Below are positions 12,713 through 21,787 of a stretch of 64,000 bases of DNA, one piece after another; within the stretch, counting starts at the first letter, position 1; each line of letters starts with the position of its first letter. The translations under genes were made by a program, and so were the position numbers. Origin of the DNA: a bacterium (GTDB lineage Bacteria; UBA10199; 2-02-FULL-44-16; JAAZCA01); assembly GCA_963674695.2 (NCBI GenBank), contig CAXXGI010000003.1:736001-800000 (forward strand), in the 5' to 3' direction. The notes under the pieces were generated by a model. That model saw nothing but the letters and a program-made list of their open reading frames with translations. It was not told the origin of the DNA and searched no databases.

Positions 12713-13822
12713 CTAATCACCGTTCAATCGATACCGCCGACCGGACAGTTCCTCCACATCCCCTTCAATGACCAGGCGCGAGAGTGTTGCCATCACTTCC
12801 GACGCCTCGAGATCCGTTCGAACGATGATCTCATCGATCGTACGTCCCTTCCGCTTTCCGAGCGCATTCAAAATCGGGCAGTGCTTACCCACATCAACCT
12901 GACATTGTCCAGGGCTTTTGGAAAAACGGTAACGAAGAAGAGGACTTGCGATCAATTCGCGAACATCGCGACCGCATTCGACCAATGCCGCTCCATCGCG
13001 CAGAAGGCTGTTGACCCCCCGTGCCGCAGCGGTGCCCCCCTGGCCGGGGACGGCACCGACTTCACGCCCCTGCTCGAGAGCCAGCCGCGCCGTGATGAGA
13101 CTGCCGCTGCGCTCGGCCGCCTCGATGACGATCGTCGCTATGGCAAGCCCGCTGATGATGCGATTACGTTGCGGAAAGAAGGATCGTTCCGGCTCGCGCC
13201 CCAGCGGAAACTCGGAGAGGAGCAATCCCGCCTGCAGGATCTCGTGCGCCAGATCCCTGTTGCTCGCGGGATAGAGGATGTCGGGACCGCACCCAAAGAC
13301 GGCGACCGTCTGACCCATGCCCGCCAGCGCCCCCCTATGAGCGGCTGCATCGATGCCATAGGCCATGCCGCTGACGACGATGACCCCCGCCTCGGCCAAC
13401 TCACCGGCGATCTGAGCGGTAACGTTGCATCCATGCCTCGTCGCTCGACGCGACCCGACGATGGCCACACAGGGGCCAGACAAGGCATCGCGTAACGCTC
13501 CGCGCACCACCAGCACCGGCGGCGGATCGACGATCTCAGCCAGGAGCGGTGGATAAGCCTCATCGCCGAGGGCAATGATCTGGGCCCCCATCGCATCGAC
13601 CGCGCGGCAGCGTCGCTGCATCTCGTCCCAGCGATCGAAGTGGGAAAAGCGATCGAAGAGGGCACGGCGATTGCCAAACCGTTCCCGAAGACGGCGACGG
13701 GGCTCTTGAAAGATGCAACGCGCCGATCCCGCCTCAGCGAGCAGGCCTCGTGCAATCGTGGGTGCCTGAAAAAAGAGTTCCTGCAGGGCGAGCAAAAAAA
13801 TCCGCTCGTCTCGGTCGGACAT
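12713..13822 (-). CDS. dprA: DNA-processing protein DprA
   Basis: AIVGSR, VSGMAYGIDAAAH, FPQRNRIISG, SGSLITA; C-terminal winged helix. Confidence 0.95.
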   Translation of the reverse strand: MSDRDERIFLLALQELFFQAPTIARGLLAEAGSARCIFQEPRRRLRERFGNRRALFDRFSHFDRWDEMQRRCRAVDAMGAQIIALGDEAYPPLLAEIVDPPPVLVVRGALRDALSGPCVAIVGSRRATRHGCNVTAQIAGELAEAGVIVVSGMAYGIDAAAHRGALAGMGQTVAVFGCGPDILYPASNRDLAHEILQAGLLLSEFPLGREPERSFFPQRNRIISGLAIATIVIEAAERSGSLITARLALEQGREVGAVPGQGGTAAARGVNSLLRDGAALVECGRDVRELIASPLLRYRFSKSPGQCQVDVGKHCPILNALGKRKGRTIDEIIVRTDLEASEVMATLSRLVIEGDVEELSGRRYRLNGD

Positions 13823-13903
13823 GGGAACCTCCCTAGATCCCCCGCTTGACCTGGCACGAGCGGAAAAACATTCAAGAACAGTACCTTACTTCATATGTCT
13901 AAA

Positions 13904-14263
13904 CTAAGAGTTGAAGCCCTCTTCCCCCGAAGGCGCCGTCTGCGGTGGAACCGGCGGTGCCCCGGTTGGGGATGCCGCTACGGCCTGCCCCTCATCCACC
14001 CGCTCCTTGAGCTCCTTGCCCACCTTGAAAAAGGGAAGCCGCTTCGGCTTGACCTGGATAGACTGCCCGGTGCGCGGATTTCGGCCGGTATAGGCGCCGT
14101 ATTCCTTGACGACGAAGCTCCCTAACCCCCTGATTTCGATGCGATCGCCACGTTTCATGGCCTCGATCATCGAATCGAAGATGAGGTTGACCACGTCCTC
14201 CGCACGTTTCTTCGTGATTTTCGACTTCTCGGAGACTACCTCGATGAGTTCTGACTTGTTCAT
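13904..14263 (-). CDS. ihfB: Integration host factor beta / HU-family protein
   Basis: MNKSELI, RIEIRGLGSF, GRNPRTG, PFFKVGKEL. Confidence 0.88.
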   Translation of the reverse strand: MNKSELIEVVSEKSKITKKRAEDVVNLIFDSMIEAMKRGDRIEIRGLGSFVVKEYGAYTGRNPRTGQSIQVKPKRLPFFKVGKELKERVDEGQAVAASPTGAPPVPPQTAPSGEEGFNS

Positions 14264-14303
14264 CACTCACCTCATTTCGTGTAATTCGTGGATATCACTG
14301 ACA

Positions 14304-14332
14304 AAATTAGCAGTATGCCCCGCGACTGTCAA
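14304..14332 (-). promoter_or_regulatory. Sigma-70 promoter of ihfB
   Basis: TTGACA-17 nt-TAATTT with TG extended -10. Confidence 0.65.
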
Positions 14333-14449
14333 GGGTCAATTTTGAGAATTTACCGGGAATTCTAAGGGGTTACCTGATCCGCTCGAAACCGCGCCCTGCG
14401 GGCATTTCTCGGTGGTAGCTGTGGATAAGTATCGCGTGCGGCGGCGACA

Positions 14450-15094
14450 TCAGGATGATCGGCGAACCGCCAGGAGGTTGCGCTCACGTTCGGTCGGATA
14501 GGCCCAGGCCTTCTCGAAGCGCTCGATCGAGACGCAGAGATCGGGCTTTGGCGGCAGACCCGGATCGTGCAGCCGGACGGTATCATCATTCACATCGACG
14601 ACGACGACGAAGTGCCCGGAGTATCCCTCTCGCCCGTGCAGGAGAGCCGCGTTCAGATTGACGATGACCACCGCCCCCGCATCGATCTGTTCGCGCAGAT
14701 CCACGAGCGTCGGCAGGCGATACGTGAGCGGCGCATGCGCCATGAAACGTCGCGCAATCTCGACCTCCTGCACCAGGTCGCTCTGCGCGATCTGTGCCTG
14801 CCCCACTTCTTCGCCAAAGCGTTCGATCAGATAGTCGCCGCCCCGATCGACGAAGGCAGCGTAGTCGAACTCCTCGATGAGCAGGAGGTCGAGCCCCTCA
14901 TCGAGCATCCAGAGCATCGCCGCTGTGGGCCAGGTCCATTTTCCTGGGAGCTTGCGCGAAATAGAGTCGAGTTCGTCGTAGGTGAAGGAGCGCTCCGGCA
15001 TCAGCTCGCCCAGGGCCATCATGAGTGCGGCCTGCCAGCAGTGCGTTCCGTCACCCGTATTGGAATGAAAGGGAATGGTTCTGTCCGCTGTCAC
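14450..15094 (-). CDS. Peptidase C39-like (papain-fold) protein
   Basis: HCWQAALMM (Cys), SGHFVVV (His), LHDPG (Asp); start taken at GTG just after purF stop. Confidence 0.7.
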   Translation of the reverse strand: MTADRTIPFHSNTGDGTHCWQAALMMALGELMPERSFTYDELDSISRKLPGKWTWPTAAMLWMLDEGLDLLLIEEFDYAAFVDRGGDYLIERFGEEVGQAQIAQSDLVQEVEIARRFMAHAPLTYRLPTLVDLREQIDAGAVVIVNLNAALLHGREGYSGHFVVVVDVNDDTVRLHDPGLPPKPDLCVSIERFEKAWAYPTERERNLLAVRRSS

Positions 15095-15098
15095 GACC

Positions 15099-16487
15099 CT
15101 ACTCCCCCGTCCAGCAGTAGAGGCAAAGACGGTCGCGCGGCAGGCCAATCGCCTCGACCATGTCGTCGATGGTCTGATACATGAGGGTGGTCACGCCGAT
15201 ATCGGAGGTGATCCAGTCGATCATCTTTCCGTACTTCTCGGTCGTATGATCGAGGTAGGCCTCGACCCCCTCGATGTCGCGTCCCTCGATCGCACGAATG
15301 GCGCGACGAGCGACCAGCTCTTTGCGCGTGCGCGTGGAGATGTTGAACTTGCACGGAAACATGAGCGGCGGACAAGCCGGTCGCACATGGATCTCTTTGG
15401 CGCCACACTGATTGAGTTTTTCCACCGTAAAGCTCTTCAGCTGCGTGCCGCGCACGATCGAGTCCTCGCAGATGAGCACGCTCTTGCCCTCGATGAGCTC
15501 CCGCACGGGGATAAGCTTCATCTTCGCCACGCGATCACGCTCGGCCTGCGTGGGCGGCGTGTAGCTGCGACCATACCCCGGCGTATACTTCACCAACGGT
15601 CGACGGTAGGGCACGCCCGATTCCATGGCATAGCCGATGGCATGCGCCACACCCGACTCCGGCACGCCGCCGACGATGTCCGGCTTGACCGTGTCTCGGC
15701 GTGCCAGACATGCCCCGCAGCGCTCGCGCACGAGCTCGGCGTTGATTCCCTCGTAGTCGGAAGCGGGAAACCCCGTGTAGATCCAGAGGAAGGAGCAAAT
15801 CTTGCAATCTTTTTCCGCATCGCGCACGGTTCGTGGCCCCTCCTCATCGATGAAGACGATCTCCCCCGGGCCCAGATATTTCTGAATGTCATACCCCAAA
15901 TTCACCAGCGCCCCGGATTCGGTCGTCACCGTCCAACCCTTTTCCCCCTTGCCCAGAATCAGCGGCGAACATCCGCGCCGATCGCGCGCGGCGAACATCC
16001 CCTTCTCGGTGAGAATAAGCATCGAGCAGGAACCCTCGATTCGGTCGAAGACCTTCTCGATGCCCGACTCCACGCTGTCGCCCTCGTTGATGAGCTTGGC
16101 CACCAACTCCACCTGGTTGATCTTGCCACGCCGCACCTCGGTAAAGGAATGCCCACGGTCGAAGAGCTCTTTGGCAATATCCTCGGCGTTGTCGATCCAG
16201 CCGTTCATGACGAGGGCGAAGCGGCCGAATCGCGTATTCATCGTGATGGGCTGCTCCTGCTTGGCGCTCACCGCACCGATGCCGCGCTGTCCCTTGAGAA
16301 ATGCACGTTCGTCGTGAAATTTCCCTTTGAACTGCGTGGAGCGCAGCGAATGGATCTTGCGCACGAGTTCGTCGCCCCAGACCGCCACGCCGCCATAGGC
16401 CGTACCCAAATGGGAATGATAGTCGGTTCCGTAATACAGGGTTTCCGTGCAGTCATTTTTTTCCACCACGCCGAAGATGCCGCTCAT
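15099..16487 (-). CDS. purF: Amidophosphoribosyltransferase, variant with N-terminal Ser instead of Cys
   Basis: AGGAGG RBS, MSGIFG start, VPESG, EDSIVRGTQ PRPP loop, Fe-S Cys (CSFLWIY, PCKF, CLYC). Confidence 0.88.
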   Translation of the reverse strand: MSGIFGVVEKNDCTETLYYGTDYHSHLGTAYGGVAVWGDELVRKIHSLRSTQFKGKFHDERAFLKGQRGIGAVSAKQEQPITMNTRFGRFALVMNGWIDNAEDIAKELFDRGHSFTEVRRGKINQVELVAKLINEGDSVESGIEKVFDRIEGSCSMLILTEKGMFAARDRRGCSPLILGKGEKGWTVTTESGALVNLGYDIQKYLGPGEIVFIDEEGPRTVRDAEKDCKICSFLWIYTGFPASDYEGINAELVRERCGACLARRDTVKPDIVGGVPESGVAHAIGYAMESGVPYRRPLVKYTPGYGRSYTPPTQAERDRVAKMKLIPVRELIEGKSVLICEDSIVRGTQLKSFTVEKLNQCGAKEIHVRPACPPLMFPCKFNISTRTRKELVARRAIRAIEGRDIEGVEAYLDHTTEKYGKMIDWITSDIGVTTLMYQTIDDMVEAIGLPRDRLCLYCWTGE

Positions 16488-16551
16488 GTTCGTCCTCCTG
16501 AAAAAGTTGAGGTGGTGGCGTAACAATGATCTGCGGTGAAGACAAGCCCAT

Positions 16552-16581
16552 AAAAAAACGGCATCGCTTGTGCGATGCCGA
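16552..16581 (-). terminator. Intrinsic terminator, copy A of 30-bp direct repeat
   Basis: Minus strand CGGCATCGC-acaa-GCGATGCCG-TTTTTTT. Confidence 0.85.
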
Positions 16582-16611
16582 CATGACGCCCACAAATAAT
16601 TTCCCCGCGGC

Positions 16612-18099
16612 TTATTCATACGGATCGGTCAGCAGGAGTCCGTCGGCAATCTGGGTGATCGTCGTGCTCGCCTCCCAATCGTTGAGCGGCGTAAAATCCA
16701 TGTTCATCCCCCAGAGAAAATAGGAATCCGGAAACGCATTGATCCGCGCGCGCGCGATCGCATAGGCATCCGGGTCGCCCTCCCATCGATATTCCATGAG
16801 GATGCCCGCGATGACGTTATCATAATAGGGGTTCCCATCCTGACCCGTCGTCTCCTCGGCCGGGAGCAGATAGCCCGCCCAGGAGATGCTCGTGTTATAG
16901 GTGGGCGCCTGCACCCCGCCGGTGAAGGCGTTATAGAAATCGTAGACCTCATTCACCAGGGCGGTGGCCCCCTCATATTTATAGAGTCCATTGAGCGCAT
17001 AGGCGACCGAATCGCCATAGACATGTTTATCCCCGATGCGACTCCAATCGTTTTCGCCATCGCCGTAACAGCCGTACGGCGTGAAGGTCTCATAGCCATC
17101 GCGCAGTCCGTCGATCAGGACGGAATCGCGTAGCTCCTGCGCCCATTGCGCATAGTCCGCGTTCCCCGTCACCTGGCCCAGCATCTTGAGCGGATGCAAC
17201 GCCATGAGCATCTTCATCTTGAGCGAATTATCGAATGCCGTCGATGCCGGATAGATGATGTAGCGCTCCGAGATCCCGCCCTGATAAAGGGGAGTCACCA
17301 GGTTGAGATTCGGGCAGCCATCCTTCGATTCCAACTGAAACGCCTTCCAGAGGGAATCGTTCGGCGTCTGCATTCCTCGGATAAACGCCGCGGCCTCCTC
17401 GGCTGAGGTCAGATAGCGAGCATCGCCCGTGATCGCATAGATATCGAGGAGCGCCTCAATGCAGAAGCCCGCGCCGATCGGATAGAAGTACTGCGTCTGC
17501 CCTTCGGCCATCGATGCCTGCGAGGAGTAAAAAGCACCGTCGAGGAGCTGTTGGCGTTTCTCCACATAGAAGTTCCCGCCGTATTCGCCATCGTCATGAT
17601 ACTGCTGCGTCAGGATAAACTCGGCCAGCGTTATCATCTTATCGTAGACCTGCGCATCCTCCTCAATGATCTCATAATAATGCGAGAGAAACGTCAGCGG
17701 AATGCAGGCCGACTGAACGCGAATCGGGCCCTCCTCCGGACCGTACTCTCCGGTCACGACATTGCGTTTGAGGTTCGGCGCGTGATCTAGAATCCAATCC
17801 TTGGCATCGGTGATGAAGGGCAAAACAACCGGTCCATCGACCTCCTCGCCATCATCATCATCGCCTGCAACAACATCGTCATCGTCGCCTGTAACAACAT
17901 CATCAGCATCATCGTCATCCCCGGCAAGCTCCTCGACCGATGCCGGGCCTTCACCCTGTTCATCCGCGGCATTGATCCCTTCACCCAAACTGCCCTCGCC
18001 AACGTTCACCCGTGCCGTGCACCCAAACGCGATGAAGAGAAAGAGAGACGCAATGAGCACTCCCAGCCTGATGATCTGTTTTCGGTTCCACGCGAGCAT
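16612..18099 (-). CDS. Lipoprotein, probable (alpha/alpha)6-barrel glycosidase-like domain
   Basis: Lipobox IAFGC, acidic linker, ALLDIYAITGDARYLTSAEEAA six-hairpin-type helix motif. Confidence 0.65.
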   Translation of the reverse strand: MLAWNRKQIIRLGVLIASLFLFIAFGCTARVNVGEGSLGEGINAADEQGEGPASVEELAGDDDDADDVVTGDDDDVVAGDDDDGEEVDGPVVLPFITDAKDWILDHAPNLKRNVVTGEYGPEEGPIRVQSACIPLTFLSHYYEIIEEDAQVYDKMITLAEFILTQQYHDDGEYGGNFYVEKRQQLLDGAFYSSQASMAEGQTQYFYPIGAGFCIEALLDIYAITGDARYLTSAEEAAAFIRGMQTPNDSLWKAFQLESKDGCPNLNLVTPLYQGGISERYIIYPASTAFDNSLKMKMLMALHPLKMLGQVTGNADYAQWAQELRDSVLIDGLRDGYETFTPYGCYGDGENDWSRIGDKHVYGDSVAYALNGLYKYEGATALVNEVYDFYNAFTGGVQAPTYNTSISWAGYLLPAEETTGQDGNPYYDNVIAGILMEYRWEGDPDAYAIARARINAFPDSYFLWGMNMDFTPLNDWEASTTITQIADGLLLTDPYE

Positions 18100-18295
18100 A
18101 GATCTCCTCACCACACACAGGGACACACATCCGCCCAAGCGCACGTCGTATAATGATAGCATGCCAATGGACGGATAGTCCAGGGGCAGTTCGCGTAACT
18201 TCTTGTTTTTATAACTTTTTATTTTGTCGCGGAGGTGATTGCAGGACAATTTTGCTTCATCTCATGGTGCCCTTCGTCTGAAGCTTCACGAAACA

Positions 18296-18325
18296 AAAAA
18301 AACGGCATCGCTTGTGCGATGCCGA
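18296..18325 (-). terminator. Intrinsic terminator after tRNA-Arg, copy B of 30-bp direct repeat
   Basis: Identical to 16552-16581. Confidence 0.85.
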
Positions 18326-18329
18326 TGGG

Positions 18330-18402
18330 TGGGCCTGGCAGGATTCGAACCTGCGACCCTCTGCTTAGGAGGCAGATGCTCTATCCCCTGAGCTACAAGC
18401 CC
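18330..18402 (-). tRNA. tRNA-Arg (anticodon CCT)
   Basis: GGGCTTG/CAGGCCC acceptor, TAGCTCAGGGGATAGAGC D-arm, TCTGC-CTCCTAA-GCAGA anticodon arm, GGTTCGAATCC T-loop; followed by ACCCA, so CCA is not exactly encoded. Confidence 0.95.
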
Positions 18403-18408
18403 TGGTGA

Positions 18409-18930
18409 TTATGTGTAGCTGATCAATGAATGGACGGGGGTGTTGGGCATCTTGTCGCGTCCACTCAGGAAGGCGAGTTCCACGACGAACGCGCACTCGA
18501 CGACCTGGCCCCCCTGCTGCTCGATGAGCGTACAGGCGGCACCGGCCGTACCGCCGGTGGCGAGCAAGTCATCCACGATGACCACGCGCTGACCCTTGGC
18601 GATGGCGTCGGTGTGCACCTCGATCGTCGCCGAACCGTATTCGAGATCGTAGGAGACATCGACGGTTTCATACGGCAACTTCCCCTTCTTGCGCACCGGC
18701 ACGAAAGCCGCACCCAGCTGATGGGCGATCGGCGTTCCAAAGAGAAACCCGCGCGACTCGATGCCGACGATCACATCGATCTTCTGAGCGGCATAGCGAT
18801 CGGTGAAGGTCTTAATCGTGCGCGTGAATGCCTCGGAATTCTGCAAGAGCGGCGTGATGTCTTTGAAGATGATGCCGGGTTTCGGAAAATCCGGAATATC
18901 GCGAATGTGCTCTTTCAGGTAATTCTGCAT
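18409..18930 (-). CDS. apt: Adenine phosphoribosyltransferase
   Basis: DFPKPGIIFKDIT, ESRGF, LEYG, VDDLLATGGT. Confidence 0.97.
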   Translation of the reverse strand: MQNYLKEHIRDIPDFPKPGIIFKDITPLLQNSEAFTRTIKTFTDRYAAQKIDVIVGIESRGFLFGTPIAHQLGAAFVPVRKKGKLPYETVDVSYDLEYGSATIEVHTDAIAKGQRVVIVDDLLATGGTAGAACTLIEQQGGQVVECAFVVELAFLSGRDKMPNTPVHSLISYT

Positions 18931-18958
18931 GATTCCTCCTCATATGCGTTGATGATGT

Positions 18959-19744
18959 TCAACCCTTCTTTCGGCGCTCGGGCAGGAAAAATAGGGGATT
19001 GCGGGCGGTTTGTCCATGCCGAATTTCAAAATGCAGGTGCGAGCCCGTCGCCCGCCCCGTACGCCCAACATCGCCGATGACCTGTCCCTGCTTGACCTCT
19101 TGCCCCTTCTTGACGCGATTTCGGTTATTATGCGCATAGGCGCTAAAAAAATCGTCACTATGACGCACGAGAATAATATTCCCATATCCGCGCATCTTCC
19201 CCGAAAAGACCACCTTGCCTTTGGCCGCCGCCTTGATCGGCGTGCCGGTCCTACCGCGAATATCGATGCCGTCGTGCCGCCGCCCATTGCGCATGCCGAA
19301 TGGGGATGAGAGCTGACCATCGACCGGCCAGATGAAGCGACCGCGGTAGGTCTTGATCGGCTTGGAATATTTATTTCCGCGACGTCCTGCATACCGCCCT
19401 CGCTTCCCCGGGGGCGCGGCGACATCCTGCCCAAAGGGGAGCTTCTTGTAGCCCCCCTTCTTGCCTTTGTCGGGCATGTAGATGCGCATCCCCGGCTGGA
19501 CATCGGCCGGATGCAGGATGTTGTTGAACTCAGCGAGCTCCTGCACATCGACGCGATAGGACTTGGCGATGCGCCAGATCGAATCGCCGTGACGCACGCG
19601 ATGATAGCGCCCGCGTTTGTCAAACGAGGTCGCACAACCATTCAACAGCAACGACGCACCCACCAAGACGATCAGCACGAGCACTGACAGCCCCATGCGC
19701 CTGCGCAGCAAATATCTCATTATTTTCGATCGATGCATAAACAT
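18959..19744 (-). CDS. nlpD: LysM / M23 peptidase lipoprotein (NlpD-like)
   Basis: Lipobox LNGC, LysM, HDGID, YAH, HLHFE; surE-pcm-nlpD context. Confidence 0.85.
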   Translation of the reverse strand: MFMHRSKIMRYLLRRRMGLSVLVLIVLVGASLLLNGCATSFDKRGRYHRVRHGDSIWRIAKSYRVDVQELAEFNNILHPADVQPGMRIYMPDKGKKGGYKKLPFGQDVAAPPGKRGRYAGRRGNKYSKPIKTYRGRFIWPVDGQLSSPFGMRNGRRHDGIDIRGRTGTPIKAAAKGKVVFSGKMRGYGNIILVRHSDDFFSAYAHNNRNRVKKGQEVKQGQVIGDVGRTGRATGSHLHFEIRHGQTARNPLFFLPERRKKG

Positions 19745-19754
19745 CGTTTTCCCT

Positions 19755-19803
19755 GTTCACGATTTACGGTTCACCGTTCACGGTTTACCGTTCACCGCCT
19801 CAC
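19755..19803. repeat. Degenerate heptamer tandem (GTTCACS)
   Basis: gttcacgatttacggttcaccgttcacggtttaccgttcaccgcctcac. Confidence 0.75.
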
Positions 19804-20528
19804 CCATCGTCGCGCCACCCCTTCGCACCGATGAGCTGTACAAACCGACAGGCCGTGAGCGAGCGCTGCGTCGTCTGGATCCCATGGCCGGTTCGTTGAA
19901 TCACTTCCAGGTATTGCACATCCTTGTTGCCCACGGGAATGACCAACCGCCCCTTCGGCGCGAGCTGTTCAATGAGATCTTCCGGAACCACCGGCGCACC
20001 GGCCGTAACAACGATCCCGTCGAACGGCGCATCCTCCGGCCAGCCGAGCGTCCCATCGCCGATACGAAGGTTGATGTTGGTATATCCGAGTCGATTGAGC
20101 ACCTTGCGCGCCCGATCGGAGAGGTCGGCCAGGCGCTCGATGGAGAAGACCTCTGTGACCAATCGAGACAAGACCGCCGCCTGATATCCGGAACCGGTCC
20201 CGATCTCCAGGATACGCTCGCTCCCCGTCAGCTCGAGCGCCTCGGTCTGCAGCGCCACCATCAACGGCTGTGAGATCGTCTGCCCCATACCGATGGGAAG
20301 CGGACGATCTTCATAGGCCTGGCTCTCCATCCCCTGCCCCACGAACGCGTGGCGCGGAACATCGCGCATGACCTGCAAAACGCGTTCATCCCGAACGCCA
20401 CCCCGCTCGATCTGGTCTGAGACCATGCGTCGCCGCGCCACTTCATAGCGACAGCGCAGCCGTCCCTGTTTGTTCAAATCCACCGCCGCTCGCTGCTGAC
20501 GCGGAGTTTTCTGTGTGTATCCGTGCAT
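19800..20528 (-). CDS. pcm: Protein-L-isoaspartate O-methyltransferase
   Basis: VPRHAF, GQTISQP, LEIGTGSGYQ, APFDGIVVTA. Confidence 0.95.
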   Translation of the reverse strand: MHGYTQKTPRQQRAAVDLNKQGRLRCRYEVARRRMVSDQIERGGVRDERVLQVMRDVPRHAFVGQGMESQAYEDRPLPIGMGQTISQPLMVALQTEALELTGSERILEIGTGSGYQAAVLSRLVTEVFSIERLADLSDRARKVLNRLGYTNINLRIGDGTLGWPEDAPFDGIVVTAGAPVVPEDLIEQLAPKGRLVIPVGNKDVQYLEVIQRTGHGIQTTQRSLTACRFVQLIGAKGWRDDG

Positions 20529-20533
20529 GGTAC

Positions 20534-20773
20534 CTCGTGACTCGTGACTCGTGACTCGTAACTCGTGACTCGTAACTCGTGACTCGTGACTCGTGACTCG
20601 TGACTCGTGACTCGTGACTCGTGACTCGTGACTCGTAACACGTGACTCGTGACTCGTAACTCGTGACTCGTAACTCGTAACTCGTGACTCGTAACTCGTG
20701 ACTCGTGACTCGTGACTCGTAACTCGTGACTCGTGACTCGTGACTCGATACGAGTAACGAGTTACGAGTGACG
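20534..20773. repeat. Heptamer tandem array (CTCGTGA/CTCGTAA)x30 plus about 3 inverted copies
   Basis: 210 bp (20534-20743) of 7-mers, then cgagtaacgagttacgagtgacg in opposite orientation containing the surE stop. Confidence 0.97.
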
Positions 20774-21577
20774 CCCTTGAAACATCTTCCACGTCTTGAG
20801 TTCTTCGAGCATCTTCGCGTCGGTCATGTTCACGCGCAGGGGAGTCACCGAGATGTGGTCGGAGAAGGCAGCGTTGCAATCGGAATGGGGACGATCCTCG
20901 AACCCCGCTTCGTCCCCCCCGATCCAGTAGTAGATGCGACCCTTCGGATCGACCTTCTCGACGATGATGTCGCCGTAATCGCGTTTGCCCTGATGGGTGA
21001 CCACGGCGCCCTTGATCTGCGAAGCGGACGTGTCGGGGACATTGACGTTGAGGAGTACGCCGCGGGGAAGGCCGCTGGCCAAAATCTGCCGTGCAAGCTT
21101 TGCCGCAAAGCGCGCCGCAACGGGAAAACCAACGCCTCCGCCACCGTTACTCACCAACGAGACCGCCACAGCCGGAATGCCGATGATCGCCCCCTCCATC
21201 GCTACGGAGACCGTGCCCGAATAGTGGACGTCGTCGCCCAGGTTCGGCCCATGGTTGATGCCCGAAACAACGAGGTCCGGATGGCGATCCAGCAGCTCAT
21301 GGACGGCCAGCATCACGCAGTCGGTCGGCGTTCCATCGACGGCATAGACGTCCGTATCCATTTTTTTGACCCGCAGCGGCCGATGCAAGGTGATCGAATG
21401 ACTCGCCGCCGAACGCTGCCCGTCGGGGGCCACCACGACCACATGCCCGACACGGCGCAACGCTCGCTGCAGATGGATGATCCCGTCCGCGCGAACACCA
21501 TCATCATTGGAAACGAGGATCAGCGGACGCGGAGACTTCTTCATCCGAGCTGAATGCGATTTCGTTTTGGGGGACAC
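20762..21577 (-). CDS. surE: 5'/3'-nucleotidase SurE
   Basis: LVSNDDG, GTPTDC, SGINHGPNLG, YSGTV. Confidence 0.96.
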   Translation of the reverse strand: MSPKTKSHSARMKKSPRPLILVSNDDGVRADGIIHLQRALRRVGHVVVVAPDGQRSAASHSITLHRPLRVKKMDTDVYAVDGTPTDCVMLAVHELLDRHPDLVVSGINHGPNLGDDVHYSGTVSVAMEGAIIGIPAVAVSLVSNGGGGVGFPVAARFAAKLARQILASGLPRGVLLNVNVPDTSASQIKGAVVTHQGKRDYGDIIVEKVDPKGRIYYWIGGDEAGFEDRPHSDCNAAFSDHISVTPLRVNMTDAKMLEELKTWKMFQGRHS

Positions 21578-21661
21578 CGATGCTCCGGAATCTGAATTCG
21601 TGTGTATTTATAGGTACTTATCTCACACCCCTTTGGGGAGTGTCAAGGAAAAGATCCGGCT

Positions 21662-21745
21662 CGTGAACCGTAAACCGTAAACGGTGAACAGCAATCCTCG
21701 TCACAGAACAGAATTCTGTTCACCGCTCACGGTTCACCGTTCACG
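21662..21745. repeat. Inverted pair of heptamer tandems between surE and purM
   Basis: cgtgaaccgtaaaccgtaaacggtgaac ... gttcaccgctcacggttcaccgttcacg. Confidence 0.8.
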
Positions 21746-21787
21746 CCCCTTGCATTTCCCCCCATCACTTGTTATCCGCCCGCCACC

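Noticed and set aside
14420-14428. DnaA box TGTGGATAA suggesting oriC
   Set aside because: Single box with no cluster or AT-rich unwinding element; could be chance or local regulation
20534-20773. CRISPR array
   Set aside because: Pure 7-nt tandem with no unique spacers, and no cas genes
20529-20879. N-terminal (RVTSHES)n extension of Pcm
   Set aside because: The repeat strand is open in all frames and the upstream ATG lies inside surE; ATG 20528 with a GAGG RBS is more plausible
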